The notes beneath the pieces are model-generated. The model ran no database searches. It was given only the letters and a program-made list of their open reading frames with translations, and was not told the origin of the DNA. The translations under genes and the position numbers were made by a program. Source: Leptospirales bacterium (GTDB lineage: Bacteria > Spirochaetota > Leptospiria > Leptospirales > Leptonemataceae). From it: DNA of 31,465 bases. The stretch's first letter is position 1; each line of letters begins with the position of its first letter. This document shows, one piece after another, positions 18,142 through 27,841 of the stretch. The stretch covers positions 1 to 31,465 of the forward strand of contig JBNLFC010000001.1 of the NCBI GenBank assembly GCA_050305335.1, in the 5' to 3' direction.

Positions 18142-18671
18142 CCGATGCTTTTATCGCAGAGGTGGTAAGCGCCGGAACCGAGGCAAATACATGGACAGTT
18201 ACGCCTCAGATTACCGAGCACGATGGAACTCTTCACCCTGATATCACGGTTGGTGTAGTGGAGGGGATAACCCCTCATGCCGGGGAAAAGGTTCTTATTT
18301 TGACGACTCGAAACAACCTGGACAATTCCGCGATTCATCGCTATTATGAAGCATCGGAGGCTTGCGGTAGAATCGTGGCCGTGGTCCAAACCTCGACAGA
18401 ATTTGAGTTGACGGGCGATTTTAAATTTGTCGGTGATATGACTGTAGACGGAAATCTACATGTGACCGGTGATCTGACCGTGGACGGAAACGCAACAATC
18501 AGCGGGGATGCTGATTTTGATGGAGCTGATAAAACTGTAACATGTAGTAATGATCTACAGGTCGATGGAGATCTTACGGTAAATGGAACTTTTATGAACG
18601 GGTCTGTTAATATGACGACTCATACTCACTCAACATCTTCTCCAGGAGCACCTACAGGACCACCACAATGA
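18138..18671 (+). CDS. baseplate spike (gpV-like) protein
   Basis: C-terminal beta-helix-like repeats TGDFKFVGDMTVDGNLHVTGDLTVDGNATISGDADFDG... typical of phage spike proteins. Confidence 0.5.
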   Translation: MTDAFIAEVVSAGTEANTWTVTPQITEHDGTLHPDITVGVVEGITPHAGEKVLILTTRNNLDNSAIHRYYEASEACGRIVAVVQTSTEFELTGDFKFVGDMTVDGNLHVTGDLTVDGNATISGDADFDGADKTVTCSNDLQVDGDLTVNGTFMNGSVNMTTHTHSTSSPGAPTGPPQ

Positions 18672-18949
18672 TAATGCTGGACGATGACGGAAATTTTGCG
18701 GTTGATTCATCAAACCATCTAAAGTCGGCTACGAATCCGGCCGGTCAGAATTTCAAATCAGAGGTGAGGTGCATTCAGGGTACATGGACTCCCGATGAAA
18801 CATTTGGTAGAAATGCCTTGATCTGGACTCTATCTCAATCGGTGCAGGATAGATGCTCTGATCTGACTCGCATCGGAAATAAGTACATGACAGTAGAATC
18901 GGTTTCGTATAATAGTACAACTAAACAATATTCCATACAGGCGAAATGA
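18668..18949 (+). CDS. small baseplate protein (gpW/gp25-like position)
   Basis: Synteny V-W-J-I. Confidence 0.35.
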   Translation: MIMLDDDGNFAVDSSNHLKSATNPAGQNFKSEVRCIQGTWTPDETFGRNALIWTLSQSVQDRCSDLTRIGNKYMTVESVSYNSTTKQYSIQAK

Positions 18950-20352
18950 TGCTGGATGAAAACGGAAAATATACGGTTCTGGATTTAAACGACGCACTCA
19001 CTCTCACGCTGGAGGACGCGGAGACCGCCGGAGTGGAGGTGCCTTCTGGATCAGTGGAGGATCAGATAAATACATGGCTGGCTCAGGTGTTTATGAGATT
19101 GGATCAAGCCGCGTATGCATCATATGTGAAGCAGTTTAACCCCACCGGATCCGATATCGATCTCCAGAATCCTGGAACTCCTCGACTGGACGCCGGAACC
19201 GCATCCGGTTATCTATCTCTATATAATCCCACGGGAGGAACGATTTCTGTCCCGTCTGGTACGGTTTTCACCGCTCCAAATGGGAACACCTACACCAACT
19301 CTACTGCGACATCTGTAGGAACAATGGCAACCGTTTATTCCAGTGTCACATCTGTAAGCTCAGGTATTGCACAGAATCTGCCTGCTTTGCAATCATTCAC
19401 AAATTCTCTAGGACTTACTGTGACAAACCCTCAACCGTTCGTTGATGGACGGGATGAGGAGACAGACACCGAATATATCAGCCGATTAACGTATTTAAAA
19501 TCAAACAACACAAGCGAACAGGCAACACCGGCAGCAATCAAAGAACTTCTGGATTACTATGAAGCTGCTCGCATCTATGTGAATAACACACAGAGTAACT
19601 ACACCACACCGGTCCCGATTGTAATGGTTGGGTATACATGCGTGATCCTTCTCCCATCCGGGAAAACCGCCGGAAGTGAGGAGATACAGAACGCAATCAA
19701 TGTGCTGGTGAGTCGATTCGAATTCGGAAACATCCTTCGGACATCCACAACGATTCATCCGCTTCTCACCGGAATAATCTACACGGGAACCTTCCCGCAG
19801 ACATTCACCATTGCGCCTGCCCAGGTGGTGCAATGGACTCTCAACTGTGAGATCTCGGTTTCATTCGACGCGGCCACGGCGAGCGAAGAGAAAGAAATTC
19901 TTGCCCGGGCTTTCGCCACGCAATTCGTTCAAAATCTGTTTGATTTCTACGGGGGAGCTGCGGGGAATTTCAACTGCTCATTTCAGGAGGCAGGAAGCCC
20001 TTTACCATCGGCGGTCAATTCAACGCCTGCGATTCTGGCGTCGGATGGAATCGTCGATAAAATCGGGCCGGTGATCGCAATAGAACAGGTACGGGCGTTC
20101 ATCTCTGACGAGGCTACGGCGCAGACCGTGACCGGGATAAACTATCTGACATGTGATGTCCTGACCGTGGAACTGGACCCGAACGAATCCGGTGAAAGTG
20201 CCTATACCCTGAGTATTGACGCACCGACCGGGAGCACGGTTGCCGTAGTGGATTTCGTGAACGATGCTCTTTTTTCTGACTCGACATCATGGTATGACCG
20301 GTACGTGTATCTTGACCCCTCACTCATCACGGTAACGGTGACCGAGACATGA
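18946..20352 (+). CDS. baseplate J-like protein
   Basis: Size (468 aa) and position after the W-like gene. Confidence 0.45.
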   Translation: MMLDENGKYTVLDLNDALTLTLEDAETAGVEVPSGSVEDQINTWLAQVFMRLDQAAYASYVKQFNPTGSDIDLQNPGTPRLDAGTASGYLSLYNPTGGTISVPSGTVFTAPNGNTYTNSTATSVGTMATVYSSVTSVSSGIAQNLPALQSFTNSLGLTVTNPQPFVDGRDEETDTEYISRLTYLKSNNTSEQATPAAIKELLDYYEAARIYVNNTQSNYTTPVPIVMVGYTCVILLPSGKTAGSEEIQNAINVLVSRFEFGNILRTSTTIHPLLTGIIYTGTFPQTFTIAPAQVVQWTLNCEISVSFDAATASEEKEILARAFATQFVQNLFDFYGGAAGNFNCSFQEAGSPLPSAVNSTPAILASDGIVDKIGPVIAIEQVRAFISDEATAQTVTGINYLTCDVLTVELDPNESGESAYTLSIDAPTGSTVAVVDFVNDALFSDSTSWYDRYVYLDPSLITVTVTET

Positions 20353-21446
20353 TCTATACAGATCCAACATTCCGTGAATTGACCGCGCCAGGGTATTTCG
20401 ATTTCTCTTCTGGCCAGACCGCAAAAACGGCGGCCATGGTCGCGTGGTTCGATGCGGTGATGGCTCGATGGGGAGCTCAGGTAAATCTGTTTGACGAAAC
20501 ATTCCGCCTATGGGCAACCAGGGATTACTCGGCAGTCACGGTGTCAATGACACCATGGCTTCTGAGATTGCTGAACGAAAACGGGATAGGATGGTTCGGA
20601 GGAACAATAGAACAATCAGTTGCACTATTAACGTATATTTCTAAATCATACCCTTCCAGCATTGCGATGTGTTTCCAGGAGCTTTTTGAATTTCTGGCGG
20701 CAGCGCCGCTACAGTGGATGACAGGTGCCGGAACCATAGAAATTGGTCTGGATCTTCCTGCGAGATTCGCAGAGACTCTCATCATCTATTCCACATCGGG
20801 AACTCCTCCGGCAACGCCGGCAGCGACAGTATACACGGCACTTGAATGGACGGCGCCCACCGGGTGGGATAAAACCGCTTCGAGCGCGACTTATTATTCA
20901 CGTGGATATCTGTCCGGTGGAAATATCGTATGGATGACACCACGGGCAACCTCCGCTGTGTCAATGATGCAGGACGTGGCCGATCTCGGGAGTCTACCAG
21001 GAAGCCCTTCTGCCGGTGATCTCTGTGGTGTTGCCGATGACGGGACCGGGGACGTGGGAGCGATATACTATTACGACGGAGCAGCATGGCGCAAAACAAC
21101 AACTCCAAATGTGAACCAGGGAGAGGTGATATACGAAGTAGCTCCAGATCCGGGGTCAACTGTATTTGCTGAAAATGGATATGTTTCATCTACGATTCAA
21201 CCATCTGCCAGTGGCCCGAGTGAGGGATATGGCTATTACGGGATTTTCGGGGAATTCGTAATCTACCCGAGAAGAATAAACATCAAAATGGATCTTACAA
21301 CGGCAGGAGTTTCAAATCTGGGAATGATTGTTTATCTTTTCAGAAAGATAAAACCTACTCTGAATCAACTTGTTCTTCTATACACAACTCCCACAAATCC
21401 AGATTATACATTTATCGACGTTAAAGACATAGGAGCGGTATCATGA
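20349..21446 (+). CDS. baseplate/tail protein (gpI-like position)
   Basis: Synteny; ATGA coupling. Confidence 0.35.
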   Translation: MIYTDPTFRELTAPGYFDFSSGQTAKTAAMVAWFDAVMARWGAQVNLFDETFRLWATRDYSAVTVSMTPWLLRLLNENGIGWFGGTIEQSVALLTYISKSYPSSIAMCFQELFEFLAAAPLQWMTGAGTIEIGLDLPARFAETLIIYSTSGTPPATPAATVYTALEWTAPTGWDKTASSATYYSRGYLSGGNIVWMTPRATSAVSMMQDVADLGSLPGSPSAGDLCGVADDGTGDVGAIYYYDGAAWRKTTTPNVNQGEVIYEVAPDPGSTVFAENGYVSSTIQPSASGPSEGYGYYGIFGEFVIYPRRINIKMDLTTAGVSNLGMIVYLFRKIKPTLNQLVLLYTTPTNPDYTFIDVKDIGAVS

Positions 21447-22867
21447 CATTGCCTTATACAGACCCTGCATTATCCACAGCAGCAAATCCATATTTTCAGG
21501 ACAACTCATTTGTTCGGGGCGATCAGATGCGCGGAAATAATGAGAAGATCTGGGCAAATTCACAATATCTTGATAATATTGCAACAGATCATGAGTCAAG
21601 AATAACAGACCTTGAAGCGCACAGTCTGGAGTATTATCTATATGGTGTGGATTCTATTAATGGACCTACTACCATTTTAAGTCAATTTTCAACTATAGTA
21701 AATAACGTATCATCTAAAAATTATGCTTTGATATCTGATTATCAAAAATTAAGATTTTCAGTTCGTTCCATGGCTGATAATGGAGGTAATTCAGCAGCGG
21801 CAAAACATATCCGTTTAAATGACGATATGATATTAGTATGCTATTATGCATCAGGAACGACCTATGATTTTATAATATATTATAGAATTTCAAGATCTTT
21901 CGTTGCAGCAAGAGGATCTTCGACCATATCAGTAACAAGCGCAGGAGTAAATTCGATTGATGGGTGCTTATTAAATAATGGAAAGATTCTTATAATTGTA
22001 TACGCATCTACTACAACATACAAATTGTATATTTTTGACCCGGAATCTGAATCAATCGCAGCCGCTTCTGGCACACCTACGTTAACTGTAATAGCATCAG
22101 TAGCATCATTCAGACCATGCGTGAAAAAGTTAACCAATGGAAACGTTCTAATCTCGGTAACTGATACTGGATCTTCATATGATCTCTATATTTTCGATGA
22201 GGCAACCCAGACGGCAACGCCTGCTTCTGGAACTCCAAGTATATCAACTACCGGTACAGGCACACTGGAAATCATACCATTAGCAACTGGTGATTATCTA
22301 TTGACTGCTCCTGTTAGTCCTACTGCAACAAATCTCTATATTTTCGATGAGGCAACCCAGACGGCAACGCCTGCTTCTGGAACTCCAAGTATATCAATTA
22401 CCGCATGTGCTGATATGTTTGGGGCATGCGGTGTGGATGGGAATGTTCTATTAGTAGGAGGATCTGTTGGTGGAACTGCTTATAATCTCTATATTTTCAA
22501 TGTAGCAACTGAGACGGCAACGCCAGCGTCAGGAACTGCTTCAATAAGTGCAACGAAATCTTTATATGGAACAGTAAAATTATTACCTTCTGGACTGTTT
22601 TTACTAAAAGTTGTTAAGGAATATGGAACTAATGACTACGTTGATTATCTGTTATTTGATCCTTCTTCTGAATCAGCTACAAGCCCATATACGTTATCAG
22701 TTGCAGATGCTCAGAGAAGTCATGATTTGGTTTTATTTTCGAATAACTCTATAGTTACAAGTGATATATTCTCATCCTATCGAACTATTTATGTAATAGA
22801 TGGACCGTGGGGATCTGCAAATCGATATAAATTTCCTATGGAATTACAGGACGCCGGACTTGTATAA
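21443..22867 (+). CDS. tail fiber / receptor-binding protein with six ~50-aa internal repeats (Y-x-L-Y-I-F-D-x-x-T-x-T-A-T-P-A-S-G-T-P-S-I-S)
   Basis: Repeats read directly; two copies are near-identical at the DNA level (22182-22247 = 22332-22397). Confidence 0.5.
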   Translation: MTLPYTDPALSTAANPYFQDNSFVRGDQMRGNNEKIWANSQYLDNIATDHESRITDLEAHSLEYYLYGVDSINGPTTILSQFSTIVNNVSSKNYALISDYQKLRFSVRSMADNGGNSAAAKHIRLNDDMILVCYYASGTTYDFIIYYRISRSFVAARGSSTISVTSAGVNSIDGCLLNNGKILIIVYASTTTYKLYIFDPESESIAAASGTPTLTVIASVASFRPCVKKLTNGNVLISVTDTGSSYDLYIFDEATQTATPASGTPSISTTGTGTLEIIPLATGDYLLTAPVSPTATNLYIFDEATQTATPASGTPSISITACADMFGACGVDGNVLLVGGSVGGTAYNLYIFNVATETATPASGTASISATKSLYGTVKLLPSGLFLLKVVKEYGTNDYVDYLLFDPSSESATSPYTLSVADAQRSHDLVLFSNNSIVTSDIFSSYRTIYVIDGPWGSANRYKFPMELQDAGLV

Positions 22868-23211
22868 TGGCTGATACTTACGATATACGAGCAAACCAGA
22901 ACGCCGATTTACTGGTCACATTCCAGTCATTGGACTCTGACGATAATCCTCTGATTGACCTGACGGACTATGAGATCAAGGCCCAGGTGCGCGAGGATTT
23001 CGGAGATACCGATCCGTTGATGGAACTCACGACAGCTATCATAGATGCGGCACAATGCCAGTATTCTATCTCTGCCACCGCTGCGGAACTGTGGGCCATT
23101 TCAGCGGCGGTGACTGCCTACTATGATGTTCTGGCAATCAAGACTGGGAGCCCTACGATATCCATGGTTCGGGGAAGATTTATTCTTGTGGGGGCGGCAA
23201 CTGAACCATGA
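22867..23211 (+). CDS. hypothetical tail-fiber-module protein
   Basis: ORF, translationally coupled. Confidence 0.3.
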   Translation: MADTYDIRANQNADLLVTFQSLDSDDNPLIDLTDYEIKAQVREDFGDTDPLMELTTAIIDAAQCQYSISATAAELWAISAAVTAYYDVLAIKTGSPTISMVRGRFILVGAATEP

Positions 23212-23672
23212 CAGTAATCGTACAGCCAGTTGAGCAGAATGTGACCGTCACACAGGAGAGGCCACTCACCACCCTGGTGCAGGATTTGACCGCTCCGGGA
23301 TCAGTGATCATAAACCCTGCGGCGTTCACCGTTGCAAAAATGGCGCAGGACATCGTCATGCAGCAAATCACGCCGGCGTGGTCAATCGTTACCTGGACCG
23401 GATACATTGCGGACTCGTCGAATACAAATCACATCGGAAGAATCGCTGGAATTACCATTGCCGCATGTGAGAAGGACGTGAGCACGTCCGTGATTGTGAT
23501 CGGGCCAGTCACAAACACATCGTGGACCTGGAACCCGGGGGATGAGCTCTATCTTAATGGCTCGGGAAATTTGTCGACAACAGCGCCGACGTCTGGTTTC
23601 GTACAGAAAATTGCCACGGCGAAAAGTGCGAATATAATTGAACTACTTTTTTCACCACCTGTAAGGTATTAG
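23208..23672 (+). CDS. hypothetical tail-fiber-module protein
   Basis: ORF, translationally coupled. Confidence 0.3.
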   Translation: MTVIVQPVEQNVTVTQERPLTTLVQDLTAPGSVIINPAAFTVAKMAQDIVMQQITPAWSIVTWTGYIADSSNTNHIGRIAGITIAACEKDVSTSVIVIGPVTNTSWTWNPGDELYLNGSGNLSTTAPTSGFVQKIATAKSANIIELLFSPPVRY

Positions 23673-23681
23673 GAGGGTATA

Positions 23682-24155
23682 ATGGCACTGAGAAAAGCTC
23701 TTGTAGTTAACGGAGGACAGATTCAGCAACTCCAGTCTGGAGACACGCTGGATGTGCAGGCCGACGTTGTTGGAGTACAGAACGACAATGCGAGTCCGGC
23801 TCCGATCGGGACGCCGCTCTATACGAAGGCGGGGGGAACCCAGGATTTTGCCCGAGCGAATGCATCCGGGACCAGTATCGTAACCGGACTGGTAATCGAT
23901 GCCTCCATTTCCTCAGGTGGAACCGGCTACGTAAAAGTGTCCGGGGTAATGAGTGCAACGACCGGGCAATGGGATGCAGTAACTGGCGGATCTGGCGGTC
24001 TCACTCCGGGATCTATTTACTATTTAGATCCATCTACAGCCGGAAAGCTGACGTCGACTGCACCATCTACAACGGGACAATTTGTTTGCGAAGTTGGCGA
24101 GGCGATCTCCACAACTGATTTCGTTATCCGAATTAATAAAATTGTAGGTTTGTAA
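23682..24155 (+). CDS. hypothetical Gly/Thr-rich tail-module protein
   Basis: ORF with SD GGAGGG. Confidence 0.3.
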   Translation: MALRKALVVNGGQIQQLQSGDTLDVQADVVGVQNDNASPAPIGTPLYTKAGGTQDFARANASGTSIVTGLVIDASISSGGTGYVKVSGVMSATTGQWDAVTGGSGGLTPGSIYYLDPSTAGKLTSTAPSTTGQFVCEVGEAISTTDFVIRINKIVGL

Positions 24156-25144
24156 TGACCGCCCGTACGCCGCTTGCAATAGTGGCTGGCCTGATAGAGC
24201 AGATCCAATCTGCGGACATGGCGGACTCTCTCTCTGCTCTACTCGACTGGCTGGGATCCGCCGCCCAGGGGGATATTCTGTACCGTGGTTCGTCAAGTTG
24301 GGCCTACCTGGCTCCTGGAACCAGCGGTCAATTATTACAGACCAACGGGGCGTCCGCAAATCCGACATGGGTTTCCCCATCCGCGACGACATTTCCTCCT
24401 GGAATAGTGATTCCCTATGGTGGAATATCGGCCCCATCCGGCTACCTGATGTGCGATGGAAGCTCTGTTTTGCGGGCGAGCTATGCAGATCTTTATGACA
24501 TCATATGCCCGAGCAAAGGCACATTTACAGTTACTATTGCGACTCCTGGCGTGGTCACTCTCACCAGTCACGGAATGCAGACAGGAGATAGAGTTGAACT
24601 CACCACCGACGGATCTCTGCCTACCGGGTTGACAGCCTATACAAATTATTACGTAATATATATAGACGCGAATAGTTTTAATCTTGCAACATCATATGCA
24701 AACGCAATAGCATCTACTGCGATAGATACATCAGGAACTCAGAGCGGAACTCATACATTGAGATACATACCGAACGGAACGGCAGATTCAACTCATTTCA
24801 ACGTGCCTGACATGGTAGGCGCAGCACCGCGTGGAGCAGGAACATCAACCGGATATACTCAGGATGTTTCTGTCGTGATGGGACACAAAGACGATGATCA
24901 GTTTCAGGACGCACAGATAGGTGTGACAGTATCCGGAACTACGTATTATGGATACTCTGATGCACAGAACTACGCCAACTCTGTTTCCGCAAGCTCAAAT
25001 TTCGCTCCTCTATATGCTAATTCAACAAAACAGGGAGTGTCTGGTAAGTTGGGACATTTAAGCGATGGGACAAATGGAACTCCACGAACCGGAAACGAAA
25101 CAAAAATGAAGAACGTAGGTTTAAATTTTATAATAAAGACGTGA
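24155..25144 (+). CDS. tail fiber protein with a phage tail-collar domain
   Basis: IVIPYGGISAPSGYLMCDGSSVLRASYADLYDII matches the tail-collar motif (P.G.l.CDG..l....Y..L...iG). Confidence 0.6.
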   Translation: MTARTPLAIVAGLIEQIQSADMADSLSALLDWLGSAAQGDILYRGSSSWAYLAPGTSGQLLQTNGASANPTWVSPSATTFPPGIVIPYGGISAPSGYLMCDGSSVLRASYADLYDIICPSKGTFTVTIATPGVVTLTSHGMQTGDRVELTTDGSLPTGLTAYTNYYVIYIDANSFNLATSYANAIASTAIDTSGTQSGTHTLRYIPNGTADSTHFNVPDMVGAAPRGAGTSTGYTQDVSVVMGHKDDDQFQDAQIGVTVSGTTYYGYSDAQNYANSVSASSNFAPLYANSTKQGVSGKLGHLSDGTNGTPRTGNETKMKNVGLNFIIKT

Positions 25145-25509
25145 CGATGGATATTCAATTATGGATAAATTTAGGATTGGGATCTATTATTGGTCTGGGT
25201 AGCTATATCTATAGAGACCGGGATAGCCAGATAAAAGATCTTAAAAAAGAGGTTTCCCACTTGAAAGACGAGCTGGCTGAACAGAAAACACAAATCGCGG
25301 TTCTGGATGGTGTTACAACAACACAGGCCTCAGCTACCGATAGTAAGATAAATCAATTGGACACTGATCTAAAAGAATTTCGAAAAGAGTTTAACGAAAA
25401 TATAAAAGATCTTCACAAAAAAATAGAATCATCTATGCACCACATGAAAAATGAAATTATCGCAGTATTACCAAAACGTTCAGAAGACAAAATAGGGGAT
25501 AAATTATGA
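25141..25509 (+). CDS. membrane-anchored coiled-coil protein (i-spanin-like)
   Basis: N-terminal TM helix (INLGLGSIIGLGSYIY) then a charged heptad-like region; first gene of the lysis cluster. Confidence 0.35.
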   Translation: MTMDIQLWINLGLGSIIGLGSYIYRDRDSQIKDLKKEVSHLKDELAEQKTQIAVLDGVTTTQASATDSKINQLDTDLKEFRKEFNENIKDLHKKIESSMHHMKNEIIAVLPKRSEDKIGDKL

Positions 25510-25748
25510 AGAAAGTTTACAGCATATTATTTTTTATAATTGGAGTTGGAGCTCTGGGATTTTCTGCTATAGCATTTTTGAATCCTGTTGCAGTCAATCT
25601 TCAAATCATGGGAGCAGTTATTCCACCGTGGGCTGCCGGTCTGGCAGTGGCAATCGTAACTCTTTCGCCATCGTTTTCGGTAGTGATAAAAGGGACTCCT
25701 CTACCCGGAATGTTGAAAAGTTTGCCATTTATTAGGAGAAAAGAATGA
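25506..25748 (+). CDS. putative holin (80 aa, 2-3 TM helices)
   Basis: Hydrophobicity pattern; charged C-terminus; position near the endolysin. Confidence 0.4.
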   Translation: MKKVYSILFFIIGVGALGFSAIAFLNPVAVNLQIMGAVIPPWAAGLAVAIVTLSPSFSVVIKGTPLPGMLKSLPFIRRKE

Positions 25749-26026
25749 TTGAAAAACTAAAATCGGTTGGTTCATTTCTTGTAGCCAATTGGAAAATCAC
25801 ATCGATTGCAATCGCTGGTATTATTATACTGATTGTAATAAACGTGTCAGTGAGATACATCTATTATCGGTTCAAACGACCGGATGCAACCGTGCCGGCG
25901 AATCAAACTCGACCGGTGGATTACCTGGGTGATACAAATTATGAAAACTGTCAATTCACTTCAAACATAGGAGATCCAGATGAACGTCACTCGTTTTGTG
26001 TTGATATCAGCAATTCTGCTGAGTAA
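25745..26026 (+). CDS. small single-pass membrane protein
   Basis: TM segment ITSIAIAGIIILIVINV. Confidence 0.3.
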   Translation: MIEKLKSVGSFLVANWKITSIAIAGIIILIVINVSVRYIYYRFKRPDATVPANQTRPVDYLGDTNYENCQFTSNIGDPDERHSFCVDISNSAE

Positions 26027-26378
26027 TTTTTCCTGTTCCAGTTTCACTCGACCAGAAGTTGAGGTGATTCCTCCCCCTGGTAGAGCCGGCTGCACACAGT
26101 ACCAGTATGATCGGCTAAAATACCAGAGCTGTCTTGTTGGAATGCGACAAACCTGGGAACAACGAGAAAATGCAGACCCCGTACTGGAACTCGTCGAAAC
26201 AAAGCGAAGCGACTCAGTCTGGGTAATCCAGCATTACCGCATATGCCGACATGACTTCTGCACAGAATTCCAGGTACCCAGCGAAGACCACACTCTGTGG
26301 GGAGACATCCAGAGAGGAGGCCTATGGTTTCTCAGCGGATTCATAACTGGCGTAGTAGCAATACTGGCGGGTGGATAA
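25980..26378 (+). CDS. secreted/membrane protein with an N-terminal signal-like segment and a C-terminal TM anchor (possible o-spanin-like or lysis accessory protein)
   Basis: N-terminal hydrophobic FVLISAILLSNFSCSS and C-terminal LWFLSGFITGVVAILAGG; SD GGAG. Confidence 0.3.
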   Translation: MNVTRFVLISAILLSNFSCSSFTRPEVEVIPPPGRAGCTQYQYDRLKYQSCLVGMRQTWEQRENADPVLELVETKRSDSVWVIQHYRICRHDFCTEFQVPSEDHTLWGDIQRGGLWFLSGFITGVVAILAGG

Positions 26379-26379
26379 A

Positions 26380-26511
26380 ATGGAAATTGCAAAAATTGCA
26401 GGTATCGTCGTAGGAGTTCTGGCCCTTGTGGCCCTCGGTTTGTATGTAGGATTCAGGATTGTGTTCAACTGGATCCTGTCTGGATTTGTAAAACTATTCC
26501 GATCAAGGTAA
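26380..26511 (+). CDS. small TM protein (43 aa), not in the ORF track
   Basis: ATG immediately after the upstream stop; the whole ORF is one TM helix plus a basic tail; hand-translated. Confidence 0.25.
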   Translation: MEIAKIAGIVVGVLALVALGLYVGFRIVFNWILSGFVKLFRSR

Positions 26512-26514
26512 AAT

Positions 26515-26976
26515 ATGCAGTTTAAGGTTTTCATTCCACCAACCGGTCCAGAAGATCGAATCCGAGTCACATCACCGTATGGCTGGCGAATCCTCAACGG
26601 CCAAAAACAATTCCATCCAGGCTGGGACTTACGAACCATCTGGCCAAGAAAAGAATATGATGGCCTCATTCGTGCCCACGAATCCCTTGTAATTATGCGA
26701 ATTGAAGACTACGGCGGATACAAATACATAGATGCCAGTGGAGCCTCAGGTCTCTTCTATCGATTTGGTCATGTAGAACCGGTAACAGATCTACGAGAAA
26801 ATCAAGAAATCGTGAGAGGGTACTACTTCTCCAGAGCTGGATTGTTCGCCACAACCTCGTTACACCTGCACTTTGAAGTACATCATGTGGATCCAGCGTA
26901 TCGTAAGGGAGTAGATCCATCAGAGTTCTTCGCTCACATCCATCGATGCGATGAACATGGAAATATTATAGCATAG
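26515..26976 (+). CDS. M23 family peptidase (LytM-like peptidoglycan endopeptidase), putative endolysin
   Basis: HPGWD (HxxxD) and HLHFEVHH (HxH) M23 active-site motifs; last gene of the lysis cluster and of the rightward unit. Confidence 0.7.
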   Translation: MQFKVFIPPTGPEDRIRVTSPYGWRILNGQKQFHPGWDLRTIWPRKEYDGLIRAHESLVIMRIEDYGGYKYIDASGASGLFYRFGHVEPVTDLRENQEIVRGYYFSRAGLFATTSLHLHFEVHHVDPAYRKGVDPSEFFAHIHRCDEHGNIIA

Positions 26977-26993
26977 CCCCGGTTTCCCGGGGC
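26976..26993. terminator. GC-rich hairpin GCCCCGG-TTTC-CCGGGGC between convergent gene ends (bidirectional terminator candidate); its core is repeated at 31229-31244
   Basis: 7-bp G/C stem with a 4-nt loop read directly; lies between the stop at 26974-26976 (+) and the stop at 27008-27010 (-). Confidence 0.45.
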
Positions 26994-27007
26994 AGGAGTT
27001 TGTTCAG

Positions 27008-27841
27008 TCACTTTACGTTTACAAAAGGGACGGAGCTTCCGGGGATCATGGAGGTAGGCAATTTACCGTCCCATTTTTTTATCGCTTCCTGCTGCACTTT
27101 TATTCGCTCATATTCCAGAAGAGCTTGTGTAATCGATTGAGCTTTTTTGCGTAGGGCTTCTGCTTCACCTCTCGCCTGCGCAATTTGTTTATCTGCCTCT
27201 GCTCTGGCTTCAGCAACCTCATTCTCTCTCTGTTGCGCTTTCTGGGTAGCCTGGACTTTTGCATTAAGAGCTTCTGTCATAGCTGATGGCAATCTTAACT
27301 CTCCGATCCAGTAGATTTTATCCACTATTATTCCGAATTGAGACACCTGGCTTGATACATCTTTTTGCACTCGTTCGATTAAATCCGCTTTGCCTGCTCC
27401 ATATACGGATTCAATTTCATATCCTCCAGCGATTTTATTGAGAGAATCACGGACATAATTTCGCAGATATATATCAGTTATCTCATCGGTTCCCTTACGG
27501 AATTTCTCAAACAGAGCAGAAACTTTGGTAGGATCTATATGATATGATATACCCAAATCGGCTGAAACTTTCATTCCTTCTTTTGTTTGAAACGAAATCG
27601 ATTCGTCGTTTGGAGATCCTTCATCTCTGCTTTGAGTCCATACATAGTTTTGCTGGAATGTAGGAAAAAGATAAAGCTCTTCGTTTACTCCGATCCAATA
27701 TCGACCGATTCCAAGCTCTTCATGGTCCACGCCTTTTGATGTTCCTAGCAGGTAAACCTTTACGCCCACATGCCCGGCAGGAACTTTGCTACACGCCATC
27801 AATGTTGCAATCATCAGAAAATAAACAACAAGTTTTCTCAT
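27008..27841 (-). CDS. SPFH/Band-7 (prohibitin/HflC-like) domain lipoprotein
   Basis: Lipoprotein signal with LMAC lipobox; SPFH core followed by a long Ala/Glu/Gln-rich coiled coil (EVAEARAEADKQIAQARGEAEALRKKAQ) typical of Band-7 proteins. Confidence 0.7.
   Translation of the reverse strand: MRKLVVYFLMIATLMACSKVPAGHVGVKVYLLGTSKGVDHEELGIGRYWIGVNEELYLFPTFQQNYVWTQSRDEGSPNDESISFQTKEGMKVSADLGISYHIDPTKVSALFEKFRKGTDEITDIYLRNYVRDSLNKIAGGYEIESVYGAGKADLIERVQKDVSSQVSQFGIIVDKIYWIGELRLPSAMTEALNAKVQATQKAQQRENEVAEARAEADKQIAQARGEAEALRKKAQSITQALLEYERIKVQQEAIKKWDGKLPTSMIPGSSVPFVNVK

Noticed and set aside
21443-22867. Diversity-generating retroelement acting on the tail fiber repeats
   Set aside because: No reverse transcriptase ORF anywhere in the window, and no template-repeat/variable-repeat pair with adenine-specific differences. 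The repeats are ordinary in-gene duplications.
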